Both the position numbers and the translations under genes were made by a program. From the NCBI GenBank assembly GCA_965228855.1, contig CBDDIJ010000003.1, positions 3,328,001-3,392,000 of the forward strand: a stretch of 64,000 nucleotides of DNA, given 5' to 3'. Shown here piece by piece: positions 1-9,283 of the stretch. The DNA comes from Candidatus Obscuribacterales bacterium (GTDB taxonomy: Bacteria; Cyanobacteriota; Vampirovibrionia; Obscuribacterales; Obscuribacteraceae). Below the pieces are notes generated by a model. It was given only the letters and a program-made list of their open reading frames with translations, was not told the DNA's origin and did no database searches. Numbering within the stretch: position 1 is the first letter of the stretch; each line of letters starts with the position of its first letter.

Positions 1-588
1 AGGCTGAGAAAGCGATTCGCGGAGAAGCGTGTCCCTACGAGAAGAGTCTTCATTATTGCCGCCATTATTGCCGTGATTATGGGCGTGTCCGGGGCGTTCC
101 TGAGCGAAGGACTAAAGCTTTATACTCGCTTGAATAATCAATCAGGCGATTCCTTCTCGGAAGCAACCACATTAGACGCAAAGTCATATCATTATTTTAT
201 GAAAGGCGAGTTCGAAAAAGCCGCTCCGCTTCTAGAGTTCGGCATAGCAACTTACAGAGAGAGAGTTGACGCGGACAAGAAATCGAAAGACACCGCACAA
301 CAGTTGCGAGACGAAACCCTGCTCACCGAAAACATTCAGCATGTCGGCAAATGTTATCTGGAGATCGCCAAGCGAGCGCAAAATGAGGGCAAACAGTCGA
401 AGGCAAAAACCAATTATCTCAAGGCTCTTGAACGTTATCGCGAAGCCATGAAGTTCTGGATGCGATACAACTATTCCCAGATAAACAACAGCACCATGGC
501 ACCAGAAGCCGTAGGCGAGTATCGGTTTATTTTAAACGAATTGAAACTCAATGATGAGTTGAAGCGCTTAGACGCGTGGGCAACATAG
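1..588 (+). CDS. 3' part of a membrane-anchored TPR-like protein (5'-truncated by the window edge)
   Basis: Frame is open from base 1 (RLRKRFAEKRVPTRRVFIIAAIIAVIMG...). A hydrophobic helix is followed by TPR-like helices (GEFEKAAPLLE, VGKCYLEIA, YLKALERYREA). Confidence 0.6.
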   Translation, partial: RLRKRFAEKRVPTRRVFIIAAIIAVIMGVSGAFLSEGLKLYTRLNNQSGDSFSEATTLDAKSYHYFMKGEFEKAAPLLEFGIATYRERVDADKKSKDTAQQLRDETLLTENIQHVGKCYLEIAKRAQNEGKQSKAKTNYLKALERYREAMKFWMRYNYSQINNSTMAPEAVGEYRFILNELKLNDELKRLDAWAT

Positions 589-599
589 CAGAAGACCAA

Positions 600-1325
600 T
601 CATCGAATCTCCAACCGCTTTTTCAAGTACGCAGTCGTCTTCGGGAAGTCCTTCAGCAGTCCATCATGCCAATCCGGTCCTCCAATGAGGACTCCGATAA
701 TTGATGAACAACCAAGCGCGCGCGTGTCATGGTTTCTATTCAATTCCTCGACGTATTCATCTTCTTTGCTCGCCGGGATATTGTCGAGATCTTCGTTGTA
801 CAAACGTGTAAGCTCATCGTTCTTGGTCATCACACCCATGCAATCATTTATTGCATGACCGAGAATCTGACACAGTGTCCCACGGATCGTTTCTTGGGAC
901 CGAGGACGTTTGAGTTCTTCGCTGCCGCGAACCTTCTTTGCTTCATAAACCCAAACATCGCGTCCGTAACAGCGTCCCCCTTCCTCACCCATTGTCATGT
1001 CGAGGTCGCCTGGTCTCAATCCATCACCAGATCCCGGCCAATTGTCCTCAATGTTAGGGGCTAGATTGATAGAAGCACCGCCCTCCTCAAGAAGGTTATA
1101 GACCTTAGGCGGCAATTTTTCGAGAACATCTTTTGCCGTCGCAACAGTCTCGGCTCGAACCGGAGCGTGTCCGAACTTCGGAGCGATGACTCGAATGCGC
1201 TCGTTTATCAAAGGTCCCTTGTTCGGCGGGTCTTTCAGCCCAAAACCCAGCCCAAACATGAATAGAACCAGACAGCAACCAATTGCAGCAATCGCGAACG
1301 TAAGTTGTTTCTTTCTCAAGATCAT
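600..1325 (-). CDS. Membrane-anchored ATLF/zincin-like protein with degenerate HExxH (paralog 1)
   Basis: N-terminal TM segment, QILGHAIND where HExxH would be expected, C-terminal FPKT motif. Aligns end to end with the ORF at 1370-2101. Confidence 0.6.
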   Translation of the reverse strand: MILRKKQLTFAIAAIGCCLVLFMFGLGFGLKDPPNKGPLINERIRVIAPKFGHAPVRAETVATAKDVLEKLPPKVYNLLEEGGASINLAPNIEDNWPGSGDGLRPGDLDMTMGEEGGRCYGRDVWVYEAKKVRGSEELKRPRSQETIRGTLCQILGHAINDCMGVMTKNDELTRLYNEDLDNIPASKEDEYVEELNRNHDTRALGCSSIIGVLIGGPDWHDGLLKDFPKTTAYLKKRLEIR

Positions 1326-1369
1326 GCGAGCACATCCTTTGTAGTTGACACCATATACGGTGCAACAAT

Positions 1370-2101
1370 TTACCGTAGTTCTAAACGCTTTTTGTAATAA
1401 GCAGTGGTGAGCGGAAAGTTTTCCAAAATATTGACTTGATGCGAATATGGTCTGCCGCCAAGCAACACGCCGATGATTTCCGAACAGGTCATGTCACGCG
1501 ATTGATCGGCGGTCTCATCTTCAGAACTGTAGTTCTCTTTGATATCATCAGGCAGAGCATTGAAATCCTGCTCGTAGATCTCTCTGAGCTTCGGATTCCT
1601 GGTCAAGCCTCCCATTGAATCGTTGATGCAATGACCCATAATCTGATACATTGCCTGCCGAATCTTAGATACACTGCGCGCCGGCTTCAGTTTTTTGCTC
1701 CCACGAATCTTTTCGGCCTCGTACAGCCAGATATCGCGCCCGTAGCAGCGACCACCTTCCTCGCCCATAGTCATATGCGGCGCGCCCGGTTTCAAACCAT
1801 CGCCGGAGTCAGGCCAGTTATCCTCGATATTCGGCGCCAGATTGACTGAAGCACCTTGTTCTTGCAGCATGTTATAAACTTTTGGAGGCAATTTCAGCAG
1901 AACGTCTTTTGCCATCGCGACTGTTTCCGGTCTGACCGGATCATGTCCGTATCGCGGAGGGATAACGCGTATGCGTTTCTCAATGAGCGGCCCGGAGTTA
2001 TCTCGGTCCTTCATGCCGAAACTAAGACCAACCGCAAAGAGGAGCAGACAGCACCCAAGTGCAGCAATAGCTAGCGATAGCTGTTTTTTCTTGAATATCA
2101 T
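1370..2101 (-). CDS. Membrane-anchored ATLF/zincin-like protein with degenerate HExxH (paralog 2)
   Basis: Shares blocks NLAPNIEDNWP, GDGL, MTMGEEGGRCYGRD and KKRLE with paralog 1. Carries QIMGHCIND. Confidence 0.6.
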   Translation of the reverse strand: MIFKKKQLSLAIAALGCCLLLFAVGLSFGMKDRDNSGPLIEKRIRVIPPRYGHDPVRPETVAMAKDVLLKLPPKVYNMLQEQGASVNLAPNIEDNWPDSGDGLKPGAPHMTMGEEGGRCYGRDIWLYEAEKIRGSKKLKPARSVSKIRQAMYQIMGHCINDSMGGLTRNPKLREIYEQDFNALPDDIKENYSSEDETADQSRDMTCSEIIGVLLGGRPYSHQVNILENFPLTTAYYKKRLELR

Positions 2102-2323
2102 GAACCCATCATAGTGCTTACTTTAAAACGTCGCAAGCTTCAAGAATTTTGATCCATTCACCAGGGTTTCGGCAAATTTTTCGCGATGAAACGCGAAGCA
2201 GAGTTCCCTTGAGAAACCCAAAGTTACTTATCCAAAATTTCGTCCCAGAGACTTCGATTATACAAATCAGCCAGCGCCACCAGATACGGTGACACCGGCT
2301 GACACGGTTTTCACAAACCTGAT

Positions 2324-3676
2324 TTAAGCCTTGCGTATTGCCGGCGGATTCCACTTGCCGTTAAGCGCGCGCCCCTGAGGAGCGTAGAGGCGCATCGTGA
2401 CACCCAACTCACCGCCGGCAGGTCCGGGCAGCCAATTGGATTCGAGGTCGGCTCCAGGCGACTCATGTTGAATGTATAAGTCGATGGAACCGTCAGCGTT
2501 CTTCTTGAGAGGCATCCAGGAACTTACAGCAAAGCGATTGAGAACGTTCGCAACCTGGAAGCCGTTGGAGTCGTACATCGTTAGCGACCAGAACGCATTC
2601 ACAGGCGGAATCTGATCCGCAGGGAAGTGCAACACGTACTTCTTGTCACCGGTAAGCGGCTGACCATCAGCATCCGCAAAGTTCAAAGGATAAATCGCGT
2701 CTTCCACCTGGTTGGCACCCAAGCCGACGAGCGCAACAATGGCTCGCTTCATGTAGAAGTTGCCGTACACTCCCATCGTGTCGGTATTCATAGCCCAACC
2801 ATTGACGGGACGCCCGGTGGTTTTTGCCAGGGCTCCCATATTCTTCAATGCGTCTTGCGCACCGCGAGAGAATTCGCTAAGCATCTCTCCATCCAGCTTT
2901 TTGAGGTCAAAGGATTTGCCGGCTTCAAGACCTAAGCCGCGTAACCTGGCAATCAATGACCAGTCGGTTTTGTGAGGTGCATGAATCTTCAGCAACTCAC
3001 CCGCGAGGCTGAAAAACTGATCAAGCGGCATCGCGTTAACCGTCTCAAGCGGAGGTGTTTTCATATCGATACTGGAATCGATTTTGTGCTCCATCGGCTT
3101 CGGCTGCCCGCCCCAGGCGGAGAGAGGAGTAACGGTCAATGAATCCTGAATCGCGTGAACGGACTTGTAATCATCGGGACCATCGGTCTTGATACGCCCG
3201 ATTACCCACACATAAACCGACGTCGCGTCGACACGTTGCAAACCTGACGGCAACGTGCCACTCCAATCAGGTGGAACAACGGCGATTTGCTGCGCACTGG
3301 TTCCTGACGTCCTCCAACCTGGGGCTGCAAATACATCAGTCCACATATCGAGCATTGGCAATAAATAGTAGCGCCCCGCCGTATCTGCAACGGAGACAAT
3401 CATGGGCTCTTGCGTCAAGTCCAGCCAAGCAGAGCTGTACAGCGTGTCAAAGTTCGGTCGCACAACTGCTTTGAAATCCGCATCGGGGTAAGCGCGAATA
3501 TGGGAGAAGGCATTCATAGGGCCAAATCCAGGTCGCTGCCCTGCGGGCGCGTTAGTCGTTTGGCGACGTGTGACTTCCATCAGGACTAGAGGATAGAAGT
3601 AATAGAAAGACTCCGCTCCAATGTCGTAAGCTTGCTCCGCTGAAATCGCGCATGCGGAAACCGTTCCAGTGCCCAT
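2324..3676 (-). CDS. DUF1254/DUF1214 domain protein
   Basis: VVRPNFDTLYSSAWLDL, GRYYLLPMLDMWTDVF, PPVNAFWSLTMY, NWLP and MRLYAP motifs. Confidence 0.9.
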   Translation of the reverse strand: MGTGTVSACAISAEQAYDIGAESFYYFYPLVLMEVTRRQTTNAPAGQRPGFGPMNAFSHIRAYPDADFKAVVRPNFDTLYSSAWLDLTQEPMIVSVADTAGRYYLLPMLDMWTDVFAAPGWRTSGTSAQQIAVVPPDWSGTLPSGLQRVDATSVYVWVIGRIKTDGPDDYKSVHAIQDSLTVTPLSAWGGQPKPMEHKIDSSIDMKTPPLETVNAMPLDQFFSLAGELLKIHAPHKTDWSLIARLRGLGLEAGKSFDLKKLDGEMLSEFSRGAQDALKNMGALAKTTGRPVNGWAMNTDTMGVYGNFYMKRAIVALVGLGANQVEDAIYPLNFADADGQPLTGDKKYVLHFPADQIPPVNAFWSLTMYDSNGFQVANVLNRFAVSSWMPLKKNADGSIDLYIQHESPGADLESNWLPGPAGGELGVTMRLYAPQGRALNGKWNPPAIRKA

Positions 3677-3733
3677 ATAACAACCTCCGAGTCGGGTGGC
3701 AGTGGTATTCGAAAGAACGCCGAAAGAAGTATA

Positions 3734-4825
3734 TCACTTCATCTCAAACATAGGTCGCTCCGCCGGAGCCTCATTCAGCTTCTTGGCCTCAGCTCGATCC
3801 CTCGCAGCGAGTTCGGTTTTACCGAGCTTGTCATACGCATCCGCACGCGCGAGAAAATTACTTCCTGATTCCGGCATCGTCTCAATCGCTTCAGTGAAAT
3901 CTTCCACGGCCTTGTCATAGTCTTTCATCTTCATGTATTCCAAGCCGCGCATTCGAAGCGGCTCATCATCTTCCACATCAAATTTAGCGGCCTCACTCAG
4001 ATAGGCGATCGCTTCCTTGTGATGTCCGCTTGATCCACGCAAAGCCGCGAGTCGTTTATAAGCAATCGCCTTCAATGGAACCTTTGCTTTGGTCTCATCA
4101 AGCGTTAGCATGTGTTTGTAGACCGCACAGGCATCGTCAAATTTTTTCATAGACTCTAAAACTTGCCCTTGCTGAAAGTAGCAAGCCAGACTCTCGGGAT
4201 CCAGCTTGGCTAGCTGCTTGTAATCAGCCAACGCTTTTTCTTTTTCGCCGATGGAAACATAAATAACCGCTCGTGCTTTGTACAAATCCTTTAAATCGGG
4301 AGCAAGCTTCATTGCAGTTGTAAGACTCTCGATTGCCTTATCGGCTTGTTTACTGCTGTCGTACAGTCGGGCTAAAACGATGTATGGCTCAGGTCCTGGG
4401 TAACCGAGAGCGATAGCCTTTTTCAGATCTTCCAATGCGGCTTTGTCTTTTCCCGAAATCGCGTTACATCTAACCCGCCCCCGCAGATGATATGCGGCAG
4501 CGTTCTTTTCATTCAACGAAATCGCCTCACTGAGCATCATCTCAGCCGCTTCGTTATCGCCGACATCGGCGGCAAGCTTTCCCGCTTCGGTCAACATAAC
4601 GGAATCTTCTCGCGGAGAGTTTCGCAACTTGGTTCCGTATTTTTTTATTGCTTGTTTAAACGAAAGCTTCTTCGGAGTGAATACGATGCGATCGAGTTCG
4701 GCATCTTCATGACCTGAATGCTTTTTCTGCGAAGAACCGCTCACAGCGGTTTCTTTATTGACGCCACAACCGCTCGAGATCAAAATTGATCCGACAATGA
4801 AAAGAACAGGGAGCGCGCGTCGCAT
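3734..4825 (-). CDS. TPR-repeat lipoprotein
   Basis: Lipobox-like ISSGC after a signal peptide, then multiple TPR units (AYHLRG, ALADY, AVEDFTEAI). Confidence 0.8.
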   Translation of the reverse strand: MRRALPVLFIVGSILISSGCGVNKETAVSGSSQKKHSGHEDAELDRIVFTPKKLSFKQAIKKYGTKLRNSPREDSVMLTEAGKLAADVGDNEAAEMMLSEAISLNEKNAAAYHLRGRVRCNAISGKDKAALEDLKKAIALGYPGPEPYIVLARLYDSSKQADKAIESLTTAMKLAPDLKDLYKARAVIYVSIGEKEKALADYKQLAKLDPESLACYFQQGQVLESMKKFDDACAVYKHMLTLDETKAKVPLKAIAYKRLAALRGSSGHHKEAIAYLSEAAKFDVEDDEPLRMRGLEYMKMKDYDKAVEDFTEAIETMPESGSNFLARADAYDKLGKTELAARDRAEAKKLNEAPAERPMFEMK

Positions 4826-4921
4826 TTTCTCAGCACCAAACTAACGGTCGCTGATCTATATTACTACGTCATCAATGAGCGCCTGTCGCAAAGCTCGCAG
4901 AACCGGATGTTTTTCGCTTAG

Positions 4922-5149
4922 CTAATACCAGATATCAGCCTCTCCCCGAAGTAAATAGGCATCCAGGCCAAACAAGATACACAGGAAACCTGCCACCAAC
5001 AGCGTGAGTGCGACAATAAAATTGAGAATGCCCTCTGCCGCGTTCATTGACGCGCCAAATTGAAACCAGGCTAGGACGACGAACAGAACACCCAAAAGGG
5101 TTTGACCGACATAAAGAAGCTTCTTCAGTTCTCTGTATCTGAAAAACAT
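4922..5149 (-). CDS. Small two-TM membrane protein
   Basis: AGGAGG RBS upstream of ATG 5149 and two hydrophobic helices. Confidence 0.7.
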   Translation of the reverse strand: MFFRYRELKKLLYVGQTLLGVLFVVLAWFQFGASMNAAEGILNFIVALTLLVAGFLCILFGLDAYLLRGEADIWY

Positions 5150-5273
5150 AGTTGCCTCCTTCATTTGCTAAGCGTCAATCAGCCTTGCATGTCGAAGACT
5201 CGGCGACTTGCGAAGACTGATTGACTGTAGGCAAGCAAAGCTCTTAGCTTCGAACGTTGCTATTTTAGTGAGT

Positions 5274-6173
5274 TCAGTGAAGTACAACCTCATCCTTACG
5301 GATGACTTTTTCCGGCAACTCACTCATCCTTTCGGATTCGACGTTTTGCTTAACGCTCCCGGCAGCAGTTCTGCGAAGTTGTTGCGTTTCAGCACACTCA
5401 GCAGGTGATTTCACGATCAAACGAGCCTGCTTGGATTTCTCGCTGGGCAAGCGAATGTGTGATGCTAATCCGAGAAAACTCAGTACTCGAATCACGATCC
5501 AGGTCGGGTCAATCTCTCTGGTTGCCAGACCATGACGAGCAGACTGCGGAAAGGCGTGGTGATTGTTGTGCCATCCCTCTCCCATAGACAGTGCTGCAAC
5601 GTACCAGACGTTTCGGCTTCCATCGTTGCTTTCATATGTTTGATAGCCGCATTGCGGTAGGTGGGAAATAGTGTTTACTAGCAACGGTGCCAGGAATGCC
5701 AATCCAGTGGCCGCCAGATTTCCGGCAAGTACGATTGGACCAAACGCGAAGAAAATCGCGACGCGGAAAAGAATCCCGATAGCCAGACAGAGAGGTCCTT
5801 CCCATTGACTGTGTCCACAATGCAGAGCGCGATAAACCGGATCGCGGTACAAGTCCGGAACGATTCTCCTGCTGTCCTCGGCTGTGATGATGACTTTCGG
5901 CTTCCACATCCATGAGATAAATGCGTGCCACATGCCGTCTAGCGGAGAGTGCGGATCTCCCGGGTTATCTGAATATTTGTGGTGCAAGCGGTGAGTCGCC
6001 ACCCAAAAGATAGGCGAACCTTCAAGAGTCAAATAGCCGCCGGATACAACCAGGTACTCCAGCCAGAGCGGAATCTTGATGGAGCGATGCGACAGCAAGC
6101 GGTGGTAGCCGAGTGTGATTCCGAGCGCGTGATAGATGTAGAACCCCAAAAACGATAGCAAAAAAGTTTCCAT
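5274..6173 (-). CDS. Acyl-CoA/acyl-lipid delta-9-type fatty acid desaturase
   Basis: His boxes GYHRLLSH, HRLHHKYSD..GDPHSP and GEGWHNNHHAFP. Confidence 0.93.
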   Translation of the reverse strand: METFLLSFLGFYIYHALGITLGYHRLLSHRSIKIPLWLEYLVVSGGYLTLEGSPIFWVATHRLHHKYSDNPGDPHSPLDGMWHAFISWMWKPKVIITAEDSRRIVPDLYRDPVYRALHCGHSQWEGPLCLAIGILFRVAIFFAFGPIVLAGNLAATGLAFLAPLLVNTISHLPQCGYQTYESNDGSRNVWYVAALSMGEGWHNNHHAFPQSARHGLATREIDPTWIVIRVLSFLGLASHIRLPSEKSKQARLIVKSPAECAETQQLRRTAAGSVKQNVESERMSELPEKVIRKDEVVLH

Positions 6174-6520
6174 AATAAATCTGATTCATTCCTCCGGACG
6201 CCGGTTGACAGGTGTTTCGGCCACTTGAGGTCAAGCGTGAAACCGTCTCTGCTTAACCGTCTGCATCAACTTCATTTAGAGGTTGCTCCTTGCGGAACAA
6301 CTTGAGTTGTTACGCGCTAAAGACTATTCCGATCGCAAACCAAAAAAATCGTCCTTTGGACTGATCTTGAAGCGCTACAATTCGTTTGCAAAACAAACGG
6401 ATTTATCGAAGTTTTCCGGCAAACGTGCGACACTACAGGTTTCGCACCCTTGTCAATGGAACGGTGCGGGCACAGCGCTGCGCCAAACACGGCACTGCCG
6501 CGGACATAAGGAATATCGTC

Positions 6521-7621
6521 ATGCTTAAGGCTGGAATCGTAGGACTTCCCAACGTTGGTAAATCAACGCTTTTTAATGCGTTGACCGGCACATATCAAGC
6601 CGAAAGTGCAAACTATCCGTTCTGCACAATCGACCCGAACGTTGGCATCGTAAAAGTTGCCGACAACCGGCTTGAGAAACTGACGTCGATGGTCAATCCA
6701 CAACAGGTTATTCCCGCGGCATTCGAGTTCGTCGACATCGCCGGTCTGGTGCGCGGAGCCAGCAAAGGCGAAGGGCTCGGCAACCAATTCCTCGCGCACA
6801 TCAGAGAAGTTGACGCTATCGTTCACGTTGTTCGTTGTTTCGAAGATGAAAACGTCGTTCACGTTGACGGTGCAGTAGATCCGATTCGCGATCTGGAAAC
6901 CATCCACATCGAGCTAGCCATGGCAGATTCCTCTTCGATTGAAAAACGTTTGGATCGCTTGGCGAAGCAAAAAAAGCAAGGTGACAAGAGATCTGTGCTC
7001 GAGCATGAATTGCTGTCGAAACTACTGCCGTCGATTCAGGCAGTTGAACCGCCGCCTCTAGACTCGCTCACTGACGAAGAAAGAGAAATTTTGCCACAGA
7101 TGCAACTGCTTTCAACTAAACCGCTAATCTATGTCGCCAATGTCGCAGAATCGGACCTCGCAAATATAGACGGCAACAAATACGTCGCAAAACTTAGAGA
7201 GCATGCGGCTTCCGAAAACCGCAAAGTTGCAGTCATCTCGGCAGCGATTGAAGCAGAACTTGCAACTCTTACTCCAGAAGATCGCAAAGACTATCTCGAC
7301 AGTCTGGGCGTGAGCGATTCCGGCGTAAATGGTTTGATCAAACTAGCCTTCGATCAACTCGGTTTAAAAACATATTTCACCGCAGGCGAAAAGGAAGTTC
7401 GCGCATGGCCCTTCGAATCAGGCATGACAGCACCGCAGTGCGCAGGCATTATTCATACGGATTTCGAACGTGGTTTTATCCGCGCCGAAATCATCGGCTA
7501 CGATGACTACGTCACAGCCGGTTCCGAGAAAGTAGCGAAGGAGAAAGGCACCATGCGGCTTGAGGGCAAAGAGTATCGCATGGCAGATGGCGACGTGGTG
7601 CACTTCCGCTTCAACGTTTAG
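6521..7621 (+). CDS. ychF: Redox-regulated ATPase YchF (OBG family)
   Basis: GIVGLPNVGKST, NYPFCTIDPN, DIAGLVRGAS.GEGLGNQFL and TGS-like C-terminus DGDVVHFRFNV. True start is ATG 6521. Confidence 0.97.
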   Translation: MLKAGIVGLPNVGKSTLFNALTGTYQAESANYPFCTIDPNVGIVKVADNRLEKLTSMVNPQQVIPAAFEFVDIAGLVRGASKGEGLGNQFLAHIREVDAIVHVVRCFEDENVVHVDGAVDPIRDLETIHIELAMADSSSIEKRLDRLAKQKKQGDKRSVLEHELLSKLLPSIQAVEPPPLDSLTDEEREILPQMQLLSTKPLIYVANVAESDLANIDGNKYVAKLREHAASENRKVAVISAAIEAELATLTPEDRKDYLDSLGVSDSGVNGLIKLAFDQLGLKTYFTAGEKEVRAWPFESGMTAPQCAGIIHTDFERGFIRAEIIGYDDYVTAGSEKVAKEKGTMRLEGKEYRMADGDVVHFRFNV

Positions 7622-9123
7622 TCAGAAGAACGCTCATTAGCAAGCGAGGAGCTCAAGACATTCGCGAGCAACTTTGCGGCATCGATTTCATACTTTTCCC
7701 AGGGCACCGCACGACCTTTTCGACTTTCAGTCCACAGTGCAAATGAAGTACGCGGGTAAAGTCTGGAGCCGAACTGATTGTCTTCAGTTGGTTTAAACGG
7801 ATCCCCCGCCCAATTCACTTCAGTCGTGACCTCGAGACGGAACCACAATACCCAGGCTTTGGGCAGTCCTGATATCTTGGCGGCCAAAAGTCCACAGGCG
7901 TAAGAGCCAATTGAACTGCCATACCTCGCAGGCAAATCATCACACGCGAAAACAGCTTCGTCGCGCTCAAGCCAGGAAACCAGCGAGCGCATTGTCACTT
8001 CATCCGGCACCGCATGTTTCTTCCAAATCTTATCGCCAATTACAAGCGCGCATCCTGTGCAGTTGATAAGCGTCTCCAGGCTCGGACGTTCTTGGATTAG
8101 CGACTCAGGAGAGCCGCTCTTTTTAACGTTATCGAGCATATGCTCGACCACATGGAAGGCAGCACTTTTTCGATCTGCACTAACGACCTTATTCAGATCG
8201 GTAATTCGAGATGAGCAAAACTCGCTCATCGAGTAATAAAACAGTGCATCATCCAGACAAAAGTTTTTGGGTGAAGCATGGTGGCACGCAATCAATCCCC
8301 AGAACTTGTTTCCGTTAAACAACGAAATCGACATTGATGCCTTAACATTCATATTGCGCAAATACTGCAAGTGAATTGGCGATACACTTCGCAAAAACGA
8401 AAAGCTCATATCAAGCGGCTCAAGGTGGTCAGCTTGAACCAGTGGTGACTGAGGATCATCGATATCCGCAATTACGCGAATCCTGTTTCGCAAATACAAT
8501 TCACGTGCTTGAACCGGAATATCAGATGCGGGAAAATGAAGTCCAAGATACGACGGCATGAAACTTTCCCGAGCCTCTGCGATCACTTCGCCGTTCCACT
8601 CCGGGTCAAATTTGTAAACCTTAACTCGATCGAAATTGGAAACAGAACGAATTTTCTCAGCAATCATTTGCGCCAACTCAAGTTCATTCGTAGCGGCAGA
8701 AAAACGGTTGGCGAATGATCGGACAGTGGAGAAGAAATCAAGCGAGCTATCTTCATTGGCAGGCACAATGTCGATAAAGCTTTCGCCGACCGTCAGATGC
8801 GTGTGAGCGCAAAGTTTACGACCGCTTTTCGATACTATCGAAGCGCAGTAGAAGAAGTCATTTTCATCCTCCGGGCGAATTTTCGAAATTTCGCGCTCAT
8901 CGAAAATATCCGACAATGGTTTTCCAAGAAGATCCAGAGCGCTGAGTTCCAAAATACTTTTGACGTTTTCGGTCGCCCGAGTAATTTTGTGCTCTCTGTC
9001 AAAAGCAATCAGCGCACCAAAGCTTTGAACGGTTCCCGGAATATGAATTTGTTCTTTGTCACAGTTGTCGATTGACAACGCTTCGATTTTCGATTGCAGT
9101 GCGGTTTTCGGATCGTTAGTCAT
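7618..9123 (-). CDS. Bacteriophytochrome photosensory core (PAS-GAF-PHY) with no output domain
   Basis: N-terminal CDKEQIHIPG with the biliverdin-type Cys, GAF PASDIP, SPIHLQYLRNM and WGLIACHH, PHY tongue WAG..PRTSF. The ORF ends right after the PHY helix. Confidence 0.92.
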   Translation of the reverse strand: MTNDPKTALQSKIEALSIDNCDKEQIHIPGTVQSFGALIAFDREHKITRATENVKSILELSALDLLGKPLSDIFDEREISKIRPEDENDFFYCASIVSKSGRKLCAHTHLTVGESFIDIVPANEDSSLDFFSTVRSFANRFSAATNELELAQMIAEKIRSVSNFDRVKVYKFDPEWNGEVIAEARESFMPSYLGLHFPASDIPVQARELYLRNRIRVIADIDDPQSPLVQADHLEPLDMSFSFLRSVSPIHLQYLRNMNVKASMSISLFNGNKFWGLIACHHASPKNFCLDDALFYYSMSEFCSSRITDLNKVVSADRKSAAFHVVEHMLDNVKKSGSPESLIQERPSLETLINCTGCALVIGDKIWKKHAVPDEVTMRSLVSWLERDEAVFACDDLPARYGSSIGSYACGLLAAKISGLPKAWVLWFRLEVTTEVNWAGDPFKPTEDNQFGSRLYPRTSFALWTESRKGRAVPWEKYEIDAAKLLANVLSSSLANERSSD

Positions 9124-9283
9124 GGAATACTCAAGTCTGGGTTTCTAAAAGGTCACCCGATAAAAGATAGCATTCTTCATCACACCTGTAGCCTCGCAGT
9201 GAAACATGCGCATACATTGGTCGAATATGACGCGACGTTTGGACTCGCGGTACATTCGTGCTGCTATCAGTTACAATCATTAA

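Noticed and set aside
6386..6520. 45-aa N-terminal extension of YchF in the ORF track
   Set aside because: The family starts at MLKAGIVG, and an AAGGA RBS precedes ATG 6521.
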